Positions 6,372-16,459 of a DNA stretch of 22,448 nucleotides are shown in pieces. The DNA comes from Candidatus Sysuiplasma jiujiangense (GTDB taxonomy: Archaea > Thermoplasmatota > Thermoplasmata > Sysuiplasmatales > Sysuiplasmataceae). The translations under genes were made by a program, and so were the position numbers. The stretch spans positions 310,001-332,448 of the forward strand of contig JAHEAD010000001.1 of assembly GCA_019721075.1 (NCBI GenBank). The letters are read 5' to 3'. The first letter of the stretch is position 1; each line of letters opens with the position of its first letter. Below the pieces are notes generated by a model that worked only from the letters and a program-made list of their open reading frames with translations, was not told the DNA's origin and did not search any database.

Positions 6372-7315
6372 ATCCGTCACAAGGCAGGACTCTTTCTCCC
6401 GATGAAAAGGCTGGATTCAGGACTTGGGCAGTGGGAACGGGGAAGTACTCGGTGGCAACCGCAAAGAGGATGGCCGGCAGGGTGGCGAGGCTGTCTCTGA
6501 TTCTTGATGTTTTCAATCCCGTTGCAGAGGAATACTGGAAATGGGTGGAGAAGGAGCTGTCCCGCGGGAAGAAGGAGAAATCCGTGGCCAATGACATCTG
6601 CGACCTGAACGCATGGTTCGAGTACAAGCACATTTCTGTGAACCTGCCAAAATTGAGGCAGAGAAGGTCGCCGGAACCATGGGTTCCCGACGACAATATT
6701 GTGCTTGCGATGATATCGAGGCAGGACAGGAGGCCTGACAGGTCAGCTGCTGCCAGGGACAAGGTGATTATCGAGATTTTTGCCTTCGGAGGCATCCGCG
6801 TGGGGGAACTCGTCCAGCTCAACCTGGACGATCTGCGGGACGGTCTGCTGCATGTGCGGAGCGAGAAAAGGGAAAAGGAGCGTATGATAGGCCTTCCGGA
6901 CTTTGTGATGAACGACATCAGTCGCTACATTACCACCTACAGGATAGAAACATCAAACGCGCTTTTCACCACGAAGAAGGGAAGAGTGACATACGATTAC
7001 ATCAGGAAAATCATAAAGCAGGAAGGAGCGAGAGTCGGCGCGCCGGGAATGCACCCTCACGCCCTCCGGCATTTCTGCGGGACGGCGCTGGTGAACGCCG
7101 GCGTGAACCTGAGGGCGGTCCAAATGCACCTGGGCCATGCCTCCATCAGCACGACACAAATATACACGCACCTGAAGGAGACAAAGGTGGCGGAGGTCGT
7201 GGCCAGCGCTTTTGAAAACTGCTTTCGGAAAGAGGTGGGAAAAACGGAATTTGGGAAAGAAGTCGTGAATGCATGTGAAGGTGGGAATGTACCAAGTGCA
7301 GGTGTCGGGATTTGA
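6368..7315 (+). CDS. int: Tyrosine recombinase/integrase (XerC/D-like catalytic domain)
   Basis: Catalytic residues present: GIRVGEL (R), SEKREKER (K), HALRH (HxxR), LGH (H), TTQIYTH (Y). Confidence 0.95.
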   Translation: MNPSQGRTLSPDEKAGFRTWAVGTGKYSVATAKRMAGRVARLSLILDVFNPVAEEYWKWVEKELSRGKKEKSVANDICDLNAWFEYKHISVNLPKLRQRRSPEPWVPDDNIVLAMISRQDRRPDRSAAARDKVIIEIFAFGGIRVGELVQLNLDDLRDGLLHVRSEKREKERMIGLPDFVMNDISRYITTYRIETSNALFTTKKGRVTYDYIRKIIKQEGARVGAPGMHPHALRHFCGTALVNAGVNLRAVQMHLGHASISTTQIYTHLKETKVAEVVASAFENCFRKEVGKTEFGKEVVNACEGGNVPSAGVGI

Positions 7316-7383
7316 ACCCGACTTGTTGGCTTTCATCCTTACGATGGAAGGCCAAAATCCTAACCAGACTAGATTACACCTGC
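7297..7383 (-). tRNA. tRNA-Gly(TCC) with a 13-nt intron at position 37/38 (7332..7344)
   Basis: Acceptor GCAGGTG/CACCTGC-A; anticodon stem TTGGC/GCCAA with CT-TCC-A; T-arm TCGGG-TTCAAAT-CCCGA; 74 nt after removing TCGTAAGGATGAA; CCA not encoded. Confidence 0.93.
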
Positions 7384-7601
7384 AACCGGTGAGAGCAGAA
7401 AAGCGCCGCCATATTATCTTTTTTGGTCTCTCTTCTATCTGTGTGCATTAGCTCTCCTCCGATGGACTAGCAGAAGATTGCAGCATATTGGATTGAATAT
7501 GAATTTGCGGAAGGAGTCTTTCATTTCATTTCACTTCATTTTCGTGCTCTGGATTCAGACTAAAGCTTAATATTCAGGTTACCAATGCATTTTCGAAATC
7601 T

Positions 7602-7877
7602 ATGGAACTCAAGGTAATCAGGGAAAAGGACAGGGAGATAGAAATAGGAGCTATTGGGGCAGATGATTCTCTAATGTACCCTCTACTTATGGAGATGTTA
7701 AAAAACGAGAAGGTCGCAGAAGCGAAATACATCAAAGGACATCCTGATCTTGATGTTCCTTCATTGTATGTAAGGATGAGTTCGGGCGATCCTAAAACAG
7801 CATTGAAGAAGGCGGCAGAATCTCTCAACGAAGATTTTTCCTCTTTAAAGAAGAAGGTTGAGAAGAAGCTGAAATAA
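7602..7877 (+). CDS. rpoL: DNA-directed RNA polymerase subunit L (Rpo11)
   Basis: MELKVI...EIEI...V..AKY..GHP......LYVR....DPK.ALKKAA; 91 aa; TTAATA box about 30 nt upstream. Confidence 0.9.
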   Translation: MELKVIREKDREIEIGAIGADDSLMYPLLMEMLKNEKVAEAKYIKGHPDLDVPSLYVRMSSGDPKTALKKAAESLNEDFSSLKKKVEKKLK

Positions 7878-7882
7878 TTCCT

Positions 7883-9172
7883 ATGTCAGGTCCAACGTCT
7901 TCCCAATCTGATATTGCAATAGGAATGAGAGTTTATCTCACCCATTCTGAAGGCATTGGAGGCGCAATAAAGAACGAAGCTGATGATTTCATCGTTGATG
8001 AAATACCTATACTTCCTCAGCAGAAGGAAGGTGGACGCTACTCGATATGCAAGGTCACCGTCAGGAACTGGGAAACAAACAGACTTATTAGGGAAATTTC
8101 CCGGAGGCTGCATATCAGCAGGAAGAGGATCGGTTTTGCCGGAACCAAAGACAAGAAAGGAATTACTTCACAGTTCATGAGCTTCGAGGATGTTGATGAG
8201 AATGCTCTTCGTTCCCTGGATATCTCCGATGTCGACATACAGTTCATCCAGAGATCAGGCAGAAAACTCAATATCGGCGATCTCTGGGGGAACAGATTTT
8301 CTATCAGAATCAGAGACTGCGATTATTCGGGTGCTTCTCTCATTGACCGCGCAGAAGCAGTGGTTTCAGAACTTCGGGCCAACGGCGGCTTCGCGAATTT
8401 TTTTGGTGTCCAGCGTTTCGGAAGCATAAGGCCAAACACGCATATTGTTGGTTATCGGATAGCGAAGAGGGATTTCAAAGGGGCAGTTCATGCGTATGCG
8501 GGCAATCCTTCAGGAAATGAGAGTGAAGCTGTAAGACATGCAAGAACCTTGTTTGACGAAGGAGGGAATCCGGCAGACATACTACATTCGATGCCTGATG
8601 TAATGGTTTTCGAGAAAATGCTGATCGGGCATCTGTCTACACATCCAGACGATTACATTGGAGCGTTAAGGCTTTTACCGTCGAACCTGCTCATGATGTT
8701 TATACACGCACTTCAGGCAAAACTCTTCAACGATATCATCAGCATGCGAATTGAACAGCATCTGCCATTGAACTCAGCTATTGAAGGTGACATTGTTCTT
8801 CCGGCAGACGCCAGACATCTTCCTGACAGGGACAGACTGATAACCGTTAATCCTACAAATATATCGGCTGTCAATAATCAGATTTCCATTGGAAACGGTT
8901 TTGTGTCCGGCCTCCTTTTCGGGTACAAGTCTGTTTTCGCAACCGGGCCGCATGGTATTATTGAAAGGGAAGTCGTACGCATAAATGGTCTGAATGAGGA
9001 AGATTTTATTGTCCCCGAAATATCTGAATGCACTTCCTCCGGCAGCAGACGAGAAATACTTTCTCCGCTGACTCATGTGGAGATATCCGCTGATGGAAAC
9101 AGTCTTTTGCTAAAGTTCGATCTTGTGCGCGGCAGCTATGCCACATCTCTCCTCAGGGAAATTATGAAATAA
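7883..9172 (+). CDS. truD: tRNA pseudouridine(13) synthase TruD
   Basis: DFIVDEI, FAGTKDKKGITSQ, GNRFSI, NFFGVQRFG, GSYATSLLREIMK motifs. Confidence 0.95.
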   Translation: MSGPTSSQSDIAIGMRVYLTHSEGIGGAIKNEADDFIVDEIPILPQQKEGGRYSICKVTVRNWETNRLIREISRRLHISRKRIGFAGTKDKKGITSQFMSFEDVDENALRSLDISDVDIQFIQRSGRKLNIGDLWGNRFSIRIRDCDYSGASLIDRAEAVVSELRANGGFANFFGVQRFGSIRPNTHIVGYRIAKRDFKGAVHAYAGNPSGNESEAVRHARTLFDEGGNPADILHSMPDVMVFEKMLIGHLSTHPDDYIGALRLLPSNLLMMFIHALQAKLFNDIISMRIEQHLPLNSAIEGDIVLPADARHLPDRDRLITVNPTNISAVNNQISIGNGFVSGLLFGYKSVFATGPHGIIEREVVRINGLNEEDFIVPEISECTSSGSRREILSPLTHVEISADGNSLLLKFDLVRGSYATSLLREIMK

Positions 9173-9179
9173 TACACTC

Positions 9180-12100
9180 TCAAAGCCCGCCGCCTGCACT
9201 TCCTTCCTCCTCGTTCATCAATATTATGCCGCAGTTAGGACAGCTCCCTCCTGTTGCGGTAAGGCATTCGTCACATATGTTTGTCTGGCACGCTCCACAT
9301 TCACCTATTGCATCCTTTCCATGATAGAGGCATTTTTCATCCTCCTGCTGAATTTCAACACGTTCTTCAGGCATACTTTCTTTTTTGCCATAATACTGTT
9401 CCATGAGCTCCTGTCTTGACTCGTAGTCGTTATAGATGCTGCTTTCCTGTGCCATAACCGGGGGAGAGACTACAACATAGTCAGAACGGTAACCGCTTTT
9501 TCCCATGGCAGCAAGACTTCCCATTATGAGTCTACCGGTGTAAATGCCAACATTCAGATTCCTGACAATCCCTATTGTATTCCTATCCTCGGGTCTCAGT
9601 TTTGTTGCCTTCTTCATAAGTTTTTCGAACCTGCTATCTTCAACACCTTCGATTATGTTCATCTGCTGCACTTTTCTTATGTATTCCAGTGACTGCTTGC
9701 ACTCGTCGAGAGAATAAGATGTGAAGTTTGCAACTATGTCGCATAGTCTCAGACCGAGTGAAGCCGTCTTTTCATTTTTGAAGCATTTGAGCATTACTTC
9801 AGCTGACCTGTTTTCTATCGCCTCCCAGCCAGGATCACCTGCCGAAGGCACGGTAAGTGTTGTCGGCTCCTGAACAGCCTCGAATGCGTCATCTATTTCA
9901 TCTATTGGTATTTTGCAAACTGAAAAAGCTTCCTCCCTTGTCGGTATCCTGTTCATTTCATATTCCAGCTTCAGGAGGGACTTTGCATTTTCCTCCGACT
10001 TCCGCTTCCTTTCCTTCAATACGCACAATTCGAGTTTCTCCTTTGCGTCTTCGTTACCTGGTTCGAGTTCCAGTGCCTTTGTAAGGAGTTCTTTTGCTTT
10101 ACTGTAAAGGAAATCGTCGATATTCAGCGTTGCAAGCTCCAGGAGTGCCGATGGGAATTCTGGCTCAATACGTAAAGCTTCCTCAAGTGCCTTTCTTCCT
10201 TCAGAAACGAGCCCCTGTCTGCTAAGCGAGAGACCCAGATAACACCAGGCCTCTGCGTTCTCATGTTCCTTTCTTGTTAATTCATTTAACGTCATTGCTG
10301 CCGAAGAATATTTTCCGGTGCTGTACTCGCATATGCCCTTACCGAGAAGTATGTCGGTTCTCCCCGGTTCCATCTTCATTGCCTTTCCATACGAGTCAAG
10401 TGCTTCCTGGAACTTTTCAATATGCATCAGACAGTCTCCTCTGAACCTGTATATGTTGCCCGTGCATATTCCGGCTGCAAGAGCTCCGTTGAACACTTCA
10501 AGCGCGCTCGAAAAATTGCCTTCAACCATGAGAAGTTCGCCCTTCAGCTCAAGTGCAATGGAATCTTTCGGGTTGAGGGTGAGTGCCACATCAACAGAAC
10601 GCTCAGCTTCAATGTACTGCTGAGTCGCCATAAGTATTCTGCTTCTGAGCGTCATGTGGCTGCTGGAGCCGGGATCCGACTGCATTGCCCTGTCAGCGTA
10701 TTCAAGTGCATCAGAGTATCTCTTCATAGAAAGGTAGGCCTCTGCAACTCTGCCCGACAGCAATGGATTGTTTCCGTCAGTCTTCAATAACTCTAGAAGC
10801 AATGCGACTTCATCCGCAAATTTTCCCCGTTTGTGCAAGATACCCGCTTTTCGTAGAACAGCGGTTGTATCCGCTCCAAACTCGTCGATCGCCGAATCGT
10901 ATATCGACAATGCGACATCATATTTTCCTTCACTTTCAAGAATGCTTCCCTTTTCCAGTAGAAGATCCCTGTCCCGGCCATGCTTCTCAATAATCATGTC
11001 GATAGTTTTGACTGCTGATGCGATGTTGTTTGTAGCGGCATATGCTGTCTTCAATGCGCTGAGAACATGTTGGTCCTTTGACTCACAGGCATTCAGAGAC
11101 GCTATTGCCTCATCATATCTCTTCAATGCCAGCATCGTGAGACCTCTAATTCTCCAGGCGTTGACATTTTTCCTGTCGCTCCTTATGAGATTTTCGGCAC
11201 TCTCCAAACACTTCTGGAACAGTTTTGCCTCATAGTAAAATGTCAGGCACTCCTCCTGCGCCCTGATTGAAGCTGCGAACATCTTTTCAATGGCACCAAA
11301 TTCAGATATGGCTTCTTCCGTCCTGCCCATTGAATTAAGGAGTTTTGCCCTCCTCACGTAAACGAGCGGATCAACCGAACCGCACTTTATTGCTGCGCTG
11401 TAATGTTCCAACGCTTCTTCGCTTCTGTTCAATGAAATGAGTGCATCAGCGACCATTGCCTCGGCAAACTTCGCAGGGTATCCGAGTTTCATCGCGAGTC
11501 GTGCCGCGCTAATGGCTTCATCATACCTTCCTGCTCTGTTCAGCGCATCAGACTGCAGATAGAATCCTTCCGGTGTTTCCTTCTTTCTGATGTGTTCTTC
11601 CAGAACTTGAAGTGAACCGGCGGAATCTCCCTTTTCTAGCTTTATTTTAGCTAGCCTGTAAACGAGTCCAGAAGGTATTTTGTCGTTTGCCTTAATCGCA
11701 TCAGTGAGAAGCCTCTCCTCTTTCTCAGCCATACCATGTCTTGCATAGAATGAACTCAGCAGTTCGACAGCGTCTATTGTGCTCCCGCTGGCATATAGTT
11801 TTTTAAAGCTGCGTTCGCTTTCTCTTGTCCGGCCCAATCTTTCAAGCGCGGTTGCCTTATTGTTGTAAACAGCCGCTGTCCTCTCGCCGACGGATAACAT
11901 TGCATTGGCGCTTCTGAGCACCGTAAGATCATCTCTGGCGGCTTTCGCTATTTCGCATAAAACTTTAAGTGCATCTGCACTGCCAACCCTCAGAACGGTC
12001 TCTGAAAACGCCTCCGTCGCCTCTTTCTCTTTTCCTCCTTTTGCCATCACTGTGAGTTTCGTAATCAGCGCCTGAGTATTATCTCTGTGCTTCAGGAGAA

Positions 12101-13316
12101 CACTGTCAGCTATCGACGATGCCTCCTCCAGTCTTCCCAGACCAAGAAGCACAGCCATTCTTTCCTCTTTCACGTCCTCGGTGCCAGGGAAATTTTCCTT
12201 TATGAACCTCAAAGCTTCTTCGAATCTGTTCAATGCTATCAGGGTTTCGAGTTTTATTTTTTTCAGCGATTTGCCTTCATAACCCATCTGGTTTGCAATT
12301 TCAGTTGATTTCAGTGAAAAATCATACATCCCTCTGTCGAAACTGGCAACTGCCAGATCTGCGAATATGGCACCCGTTGCAGTTCTGTCCCGTTCGTTCG
12401 AATCATCTGGATAAAACCGCAGCAGCTTGTTAGCTTCGTCTCTCCGACCGGTGCAGATGCAGGACTGGCAGAAATATCCGATGATATCCCTTTGCGTGAT
12501 GCGTTTCTTTTCATTCGCCGACGATAATTCGTTATATGCATTTCTGTATTTTCCGAGTCTGGTCTGTACGACCCCAAGGGCAATCTGGCAATCATAATCA
12601 TATTCGATACCCAGCGATGATGCAAGAAATTTTTCTGCCATCGCATTGTCTCCCGCATCTGCGAGGGCTATTCCTGCCGATTTCAATATTCCTGCAGAGC
12701 TACCGCCTTTTCTGAGCAGCAGCTTATAGAGCCTGAATGCTTCCCTTGCATTCCCTTTTTTCACAAGGGCATCTGCCTTGAGCCTGAATAATTCCCTCTT
12801 TTCCTTTTCCGATGAAGGTAGGCTGAGAAGCCTGTCAATGATTTCCATATTGTGCTCTTCTATGGAAAGTGCCTCTCTGTATGATTTCTTCGCTTCCGGA
12901 ATGTTCCCTTTAACTTCATTTAGTTTACCCATGAGTATGAGGAAAACTGACCCGGATCCGGACCAGTCCCACGTCTTCAGGAAGTTTGCAGCCTCGCTCG
13001 CCTTTCGTTCGGAAAGAAGTGAATCCACAATAATTCTCTTGTCATTTAACTTCATTGATCGTTCTGGGATGAGCTTGAGGAATCTCGTTGCGAGATCCGA
13101 GTAACCCGAGCCGAAACTTGAGTAGCCCAGAACCCTCGCATACTGGCTGAACCTGTCCTCATCAATCGACATTCTGCCCCCTGACAACAGGTCAAACAGT
13201 TTCCTGAGACGCCGTTTCTTCAGGTGTGAGGTCGCCTCTATTCTCGACGACGCAATGGCTCTCTCCAATTCCTTTGCCGATCTCTCGGCCGCCCGGTACA
13301 TCTGGTCTGAACGCAT
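9180..13316 (-). CDS. Large tetratricopeptide-repeat protein with C-terminal Cys/His zinc-binding domain
   Basis: Many TPR-like units (e.g. AWCYLGLSLSRQG..EG..ALEEALRIEP); C-terminal CLYH...CGAC...ICDEC...CPNC. Confidence 0.9.
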   Translation of the reverse strand: MRSDQMYRAAERSAKELERAIASSRIEATSHLKKRRLRKLFDLLSGGRMSIDEDRFSQYARVLGYSSFGSGYSDLATRFLKLIPERSMKLNDKRIIVDSLLSERKASEAANFLKTWDWSGSGSVFLILMGKLNEVKGNIPEAKKSYREALSIEEHNMEIIDRLLSLPSSEKEKRELFRLKADALVKKGNAREAFRLYKLLLRKGGSSAGILKSAGIALADAGDNAMAEKFLASSLGIEYDYDCQIALGVVQTRLGKYRNAYNELSSANEKKRITQRDIIGYFCQSCICTGRRDEANKLLRFYPDDSNERDRTATGAIFADLAVASFDRGMYDFSLKSTEIANQMGYEGKSLKKIKLETLIALNRFEEALRFIKENFPGTEDVKEERMAVLLGLGRLEEASSIADSVLLKHRDNTQALITKLTVMAKGGKEKEATEAFSETVLRVGSADALKVLCEIAKAARDDLTVLRSANAMLSVGERTAAVYNNKATALERLGRTRESERSFKKLYASGSTIDAVELLSSFYARHGMAEKEERLLTDAIKANDKIPSGLVYRLAKIKLEKGDSAGSLQVLEEHIRKKETPEGFYLQSDALNRAGRYDEAISAARLAMKLGYPAKFAEAMVADALISLNRSEEALEHYSAAIKCGSVDPLVYVRRAKLLNSMGRTEEAISEFGAIEKMFAASIRAQEECLTFYYEAKLFQKCLESAENLIRSDRKNVNAWRIRGLTMLALKRYDEAIASLNACESKDQHVLSALKTAYAATNNIASAVKTIDMIIEKHGRDRDLLLEKGSILESEGKYDVALSIYDSAIDEFGADTTAVLRKAGILHKRGKFADEVALLLELLKTDGNNPLLSGRVAEAYLSMKRYSDALEYADRAMQSDPGSSSHMTLRSRILMATQQYIEAERSVDVALTLNPKDSIALELKGELLMVEGNFSSALEVFNGALAAGICTGNIYRFRGDCLMHIEKFQEALDSYGKAMKMEPGRTDILLGKGICEYSTGKYSSAAMTLNELTRKEHENAEAWCYLGLSLSRQGLVSEGRKALEEALRIEPEFPSALLELATLNIDDFLYSKAKELLTKALELEPGNEDAKEKLELCVLKERKRKSEENAKSLLKLEYEMNRIPTREEAFSVCKIPIDEIDDAFEAVQEPTTLTVPSAGDPGWEAIENRSAEVMLKCFKNEKTASLGLRLCDIVANFTSYSLDECKQSLEYIRKVQQMNIIEGVEDSRFEKLMKKATKLRPEDRNTIGIVRNLNVGIYTGRLIMGSLAAMGKSGYRSDYVVVSPPVMAQESSIYNDYESRQELMEQYYGKKESMPEERVEIQQEDEKCLYHGKDAIGECGACQTNICDECLTATGGSCPNCGIILMNEEEGSAGGGL

Positions 13317-13432
13317 TTTCCCATCCCACTCTCGGATATTGTCTGACAGTTGTCAGCTCATATGTTATATTAGGTAGTAATAAATTTCTATGCATTACAG
13401 GCTGTAACTTCACTTCAAGGCTATTCGAAGAA

Positions 13433-14731
13433 TCATTTGTAGTCTGTTCTGCTTACTATTCTCCTGTAGAATATTGCCAATGTCCAATCGAGGAGAATGC
13501 CCATTTTGTTTCTTATGGTGCTTATGTAGGCAAGGTGCACGAAACGCCAGCTGAGCCATCCTGGCAGTCCCTTTATAAGCACACCATTGCCGAACACGGA
13601 TACCCCCTCAAATCTTCCGAGAGACAGCATTACACCTTTGTCTCTGTAGGTGAAGTTCATTACTGCCGTCTTCTCCGGCTGTTCGATTGTGTAAGCGAGA
13701 TGGGTTCCGGCAAATTGGCCTTCCTGAACGGCAGCGGATGCAGTGGCAGGAACTGCTCCACCTTCCATCGTGGAAACATAGGCACAGTCTCCCAGTGCAT
13801 AAACTTCACGAAACCTTGGCAATCTGAGTTGTTTGTCCACTACAATTCTCCCATTCTTTTTTTGCACTATAGCATCGTTCAAATCTGAAACTAGGGAATT
13901 AGGTCTAATTCCTGCAGTCCATATTGTCGTCTCGGATTGTATTTTGGAGCCATCAGAGAGCTCAATTTCCCTTCTTCCGACCGATTTCACTTTTTTCCCC
14001 AATACTACAGTAATGCCTTTTTCAGTCAGAACGGTCGTGCATAAGCGTGACACCCTTTCATCCAATTCAGGCATCAATCTCTTTTCTGCCTCTATAAGAT
14101 AAATTCTTGCGTTATTTTTCAAATTCAGATCGGAATAGTATTTATGCAGTATCTTCAGATAGTCAGAAAGCGTTCCTGCAAGTTCTACTCCTGAAGATCC
14201 CCCGCCTACAACTACAAACGAAAGCAGTCTTCTTCTTTCATCTGCCTCTGTTTCTGGTGACGAGGCTATTTCGAGACACTTCAGGAGTTGGTTCCTGATG
14301 GCTTCTCCATCCTTCAATTTCTTAAGAAAAAAGGCGTTATCCTTTACACCCCGAATACCAAAATCATTGGGTTCAGAGCCAGGAGCCAATATAAGAAAAT
14401 CGTAAGGAATCGTGGTCTTCTCCGTTTCCACCAGCTTATTCTCAATATCGACTCTCTTGACTTCCGCTTCGTAGAATTGAGCACCCAGACTTGCCGCGAT
14501 GCTCCTGACGGGCTGAATAACATGATAAGGATTGGCGAGGCCAGAAGCTATCTGATATAACAATGGAGTGAAGAGGTGATAGTTTCTGTCGCTCACAATT
14601 GTAATGTCTACGGTGTCGACCGAGAGATCGCTTAACTTATCCGAAAGCGCCTTAGCAGCAGTAATTCCGGCGAATCCGGCTCCAACAACAAGAACTCTAA
14701 TTTTTTCGCCCTTGTTTTCACTTTTTATCAA
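13433..14731 (-). CDS. ndh: Type II NADH dehydrogenase-like FAD-dependent oxidoreductase
   Basis: VVGAGFAG and VVGGGSSGVELAG Rossmann motifs, FTPLLYQ, IWTAG, YALGD, A.A.A.QEG, Y.DKG.M.SLG. Confidence 0.9.
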   Translation of the reverse strand: MIKSENKGEKIRVLVVGAGFAGITAAKALSDKLSDLSVDTVDITIVSDRNYHLFTPLLYQIASGLANPYHVIQPVRSIAASLGAQFYEAEVKRVDIENKLVETEKTTIPYDFLILAPGSEPNDFGIRGVKDNAFFLKKLKDGEAIRNQLLKCLEIASSPETEADERRRLLSFVVVGGGSSGVELAGTLSDYLKILHKYYSDLNLKNNARIYLIEAEKRLMPELDERVSRLCTTVLTEKGITVVLGKKVKSVGRREIELSDGSKIQSETTIWTAGIRPNSLVSDLNDAIVQKKNGRIVVDKQLRLPRFREVYALGDCAYVSTMEGGAVPATASAAVQEGQFAGTHLAYTIEQPEKTAVMNFTYRDKGVMLSLGRFEGVSVFGNGVLIKGLPGWLSWRFVHLAYISTIRNKMGILLDWTLAIFYRRIVSRTDYK

Positions 14732-14755
14732 ACTCTTGCCCCCTTCTTCGAATTT

Positions 14756-15163
14756 TCAATCATCCGTTACAGGAACATCAGAATTCAAAATTTTCTCAGA
14801 AAGGTTCGGATGTTCGACGAAATGCCTGAGTAATTTCATCTTCGTACAGCACTGCTTTTCTGTTTGTGGTAGCATGGTCAGAGTGGGAGGGTGTAGGTGA
14901 ATGTCACGCTGAGGATTTGGCCTTAAATTGTGCTCAAATTCAGTCATTCCGTGTTCATCGTTGTTTACAGTCACACATCCTATCCGATTGTCGTACTTTG
15001 CATGTGAACTTAGGAGTCCCCTCAACCTCGTGAAATTTCCGTTACCTGCAATCATGGCTCTTGCCTTATTCATGAAGCGCGCAGATCGCTCTTTTGCAAT
15101 GAAATGGAGTTTAGCGGAGAGATGAAGAACTTCTATGGACCTGCCTTCTTTTCTGCTTGTCAT
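14756..15163 (-). CDS. Possible hypothetical protein (dubious)
   Basis: 135-codon ORF co-oriented with and just upstream of ndh, GAGGGG upstream; no recognisable motif. Confidence 0.25.
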   Translation of the reverse strand: MTSRKEGRSIEVLHLSAKLHFIAKERSARFMNKARAMIAGNGNFTRLRGLLSSHAKYDNRIGCVTVNNDEHGMTEFEHNLRPNPQRDIHLHPPTLTMLPQTEKQCCTKMKLLRHFVEHPNLSEKILNSDVPVTDD

Positions 15164-16459
15164 TGCATTGCCGCCCTCTTTTCCTTAACAGGTTTTAAGC
15201 AGATTTTCTGCATTCAAACGGCTTAAGATATCCAAGTGAAGAGTGTCATCTCTTCCCGCTGTAATGCCTGAGTGCACCGGAAGGCATCATCCCGCTCTCT
15301 ACGAAGTTCATTGGCCGCGGATAAGATATAGTTGTTATTGAAATGACAGTACAGAGACACTGTCAGTCCATTGCCCCATTTTTCTTATTGTATCAAGTGT
15401 TATTACAGGCAAGGGTACACCCTCATATGAATGTTGTTGATGTGAGCTAGCGCTTTCCGTTGGACATGCCTGAATGGAATGTGCACATTACGTATTCCAA
15501 CTACCGTATGGACTTCTGATGTACCTACATCAACATGATGCTGGAAATCCCACAGGCTGATGCATCTGCTACATGCACCCTTAATCTAAGTGTATGAACA
15601 GTGTCTGAAATCATTTGTATCCACACGTATGCAACGTCAACGTCAACGTATCATCATGTATCTGGACTGTCTGAGATGAGATCGCCCGTCCAAGGTAGTT
15701 CAGCCCGGGAAATTGCATCTTACCATGTTTTTACCATTGAGCACACCCCATCTTCCCATGGTTTCCAAGGTGGCTATAACCGTATGCGATGCTCTCTCCG
15801 GCGATCCACACAGAGATATCCTATTTCTCTGATTCGTCTGTCCAGAGACGATTTACAGGCTACTCTACCAAAGGTAGTAGGCCTGCGGTCTGATACGCAG
15901 AGGTCTTCCTGCAGTTCAAGGCAGGATTTCATCTGCGACAATAATCGCTCCGACCACCTTCTTATTGTCTTTCCCGGAAAGAGTGTTTTGTTAAGATCCC
16001 TGGCGGTCGATGGACATTGCTTCTTCTGAAAAAAGAGCTTCCTGAGTATTGCGCTTTCCTGTTTGGGCGAAATCACATTCCTGTCGTGACCGGCAAACCA
16101 CATCAGAGTCGATAGATTGCCGAAACAGAAGCACCTAAGACTTGATCAACACTTTATTTTGACACTGAAATTGCAGTAATGAATAAACAGTCCGGCATTC
16201 ACTGGCCCCTTGTTTTAAATCGGCATGAGATATTTTGGTAATAAGCATGGAGTCCGTTGTTCACTTTGCTTCCCGGCTTAAAAGTGTGAATCGCAGAAGA
16301 GTGCTCAAACCGGACTGCGAGAACATAAAGCAATTTATTCTCGATTAACCGAAGCATGTTTTCTGTACGTTCTAAATTCACTTACTATCGATATTTAAAC
16401 GGTTACCCTTACCTGTAAGTTCTAATCTATTTATTTGAGATTAGTGAAAACCATAAATC

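Larger units (their letters stand above)
1..7320. mobile_element. Integrated element (probable provirus), tRNA-proximal part; continues beyond the left window edge
   Basis: Tyrosine integrase running into the 3' end of tRNA-Gly; divergent repressor/RHH pair; dense overlapping small ORFs typical of viral early regions; housekeeping genes start right after the tRNA. Second att site and structural genes are not in the window, so the boundary is approximate. Confidence 0.85.

Noticed and set aside
2912..7451. Many antisense or alternative-frame ORFs over the viral operon, integrase and tRNA
   Set aside because: Shadows of the tightly coupled plus-strand genes or the tRNA, with no motifs.
13226..13888. 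220-aa plus-strand ORF and other ORFs antisense to the TPR, ndh, truD and K+ channel genes
   Set aside because: Antisense shadows of well-supported genes.
15633..15650. Short tandem repeat (CAACGT)x3
   Set aside because: Too short, with no supporting context.
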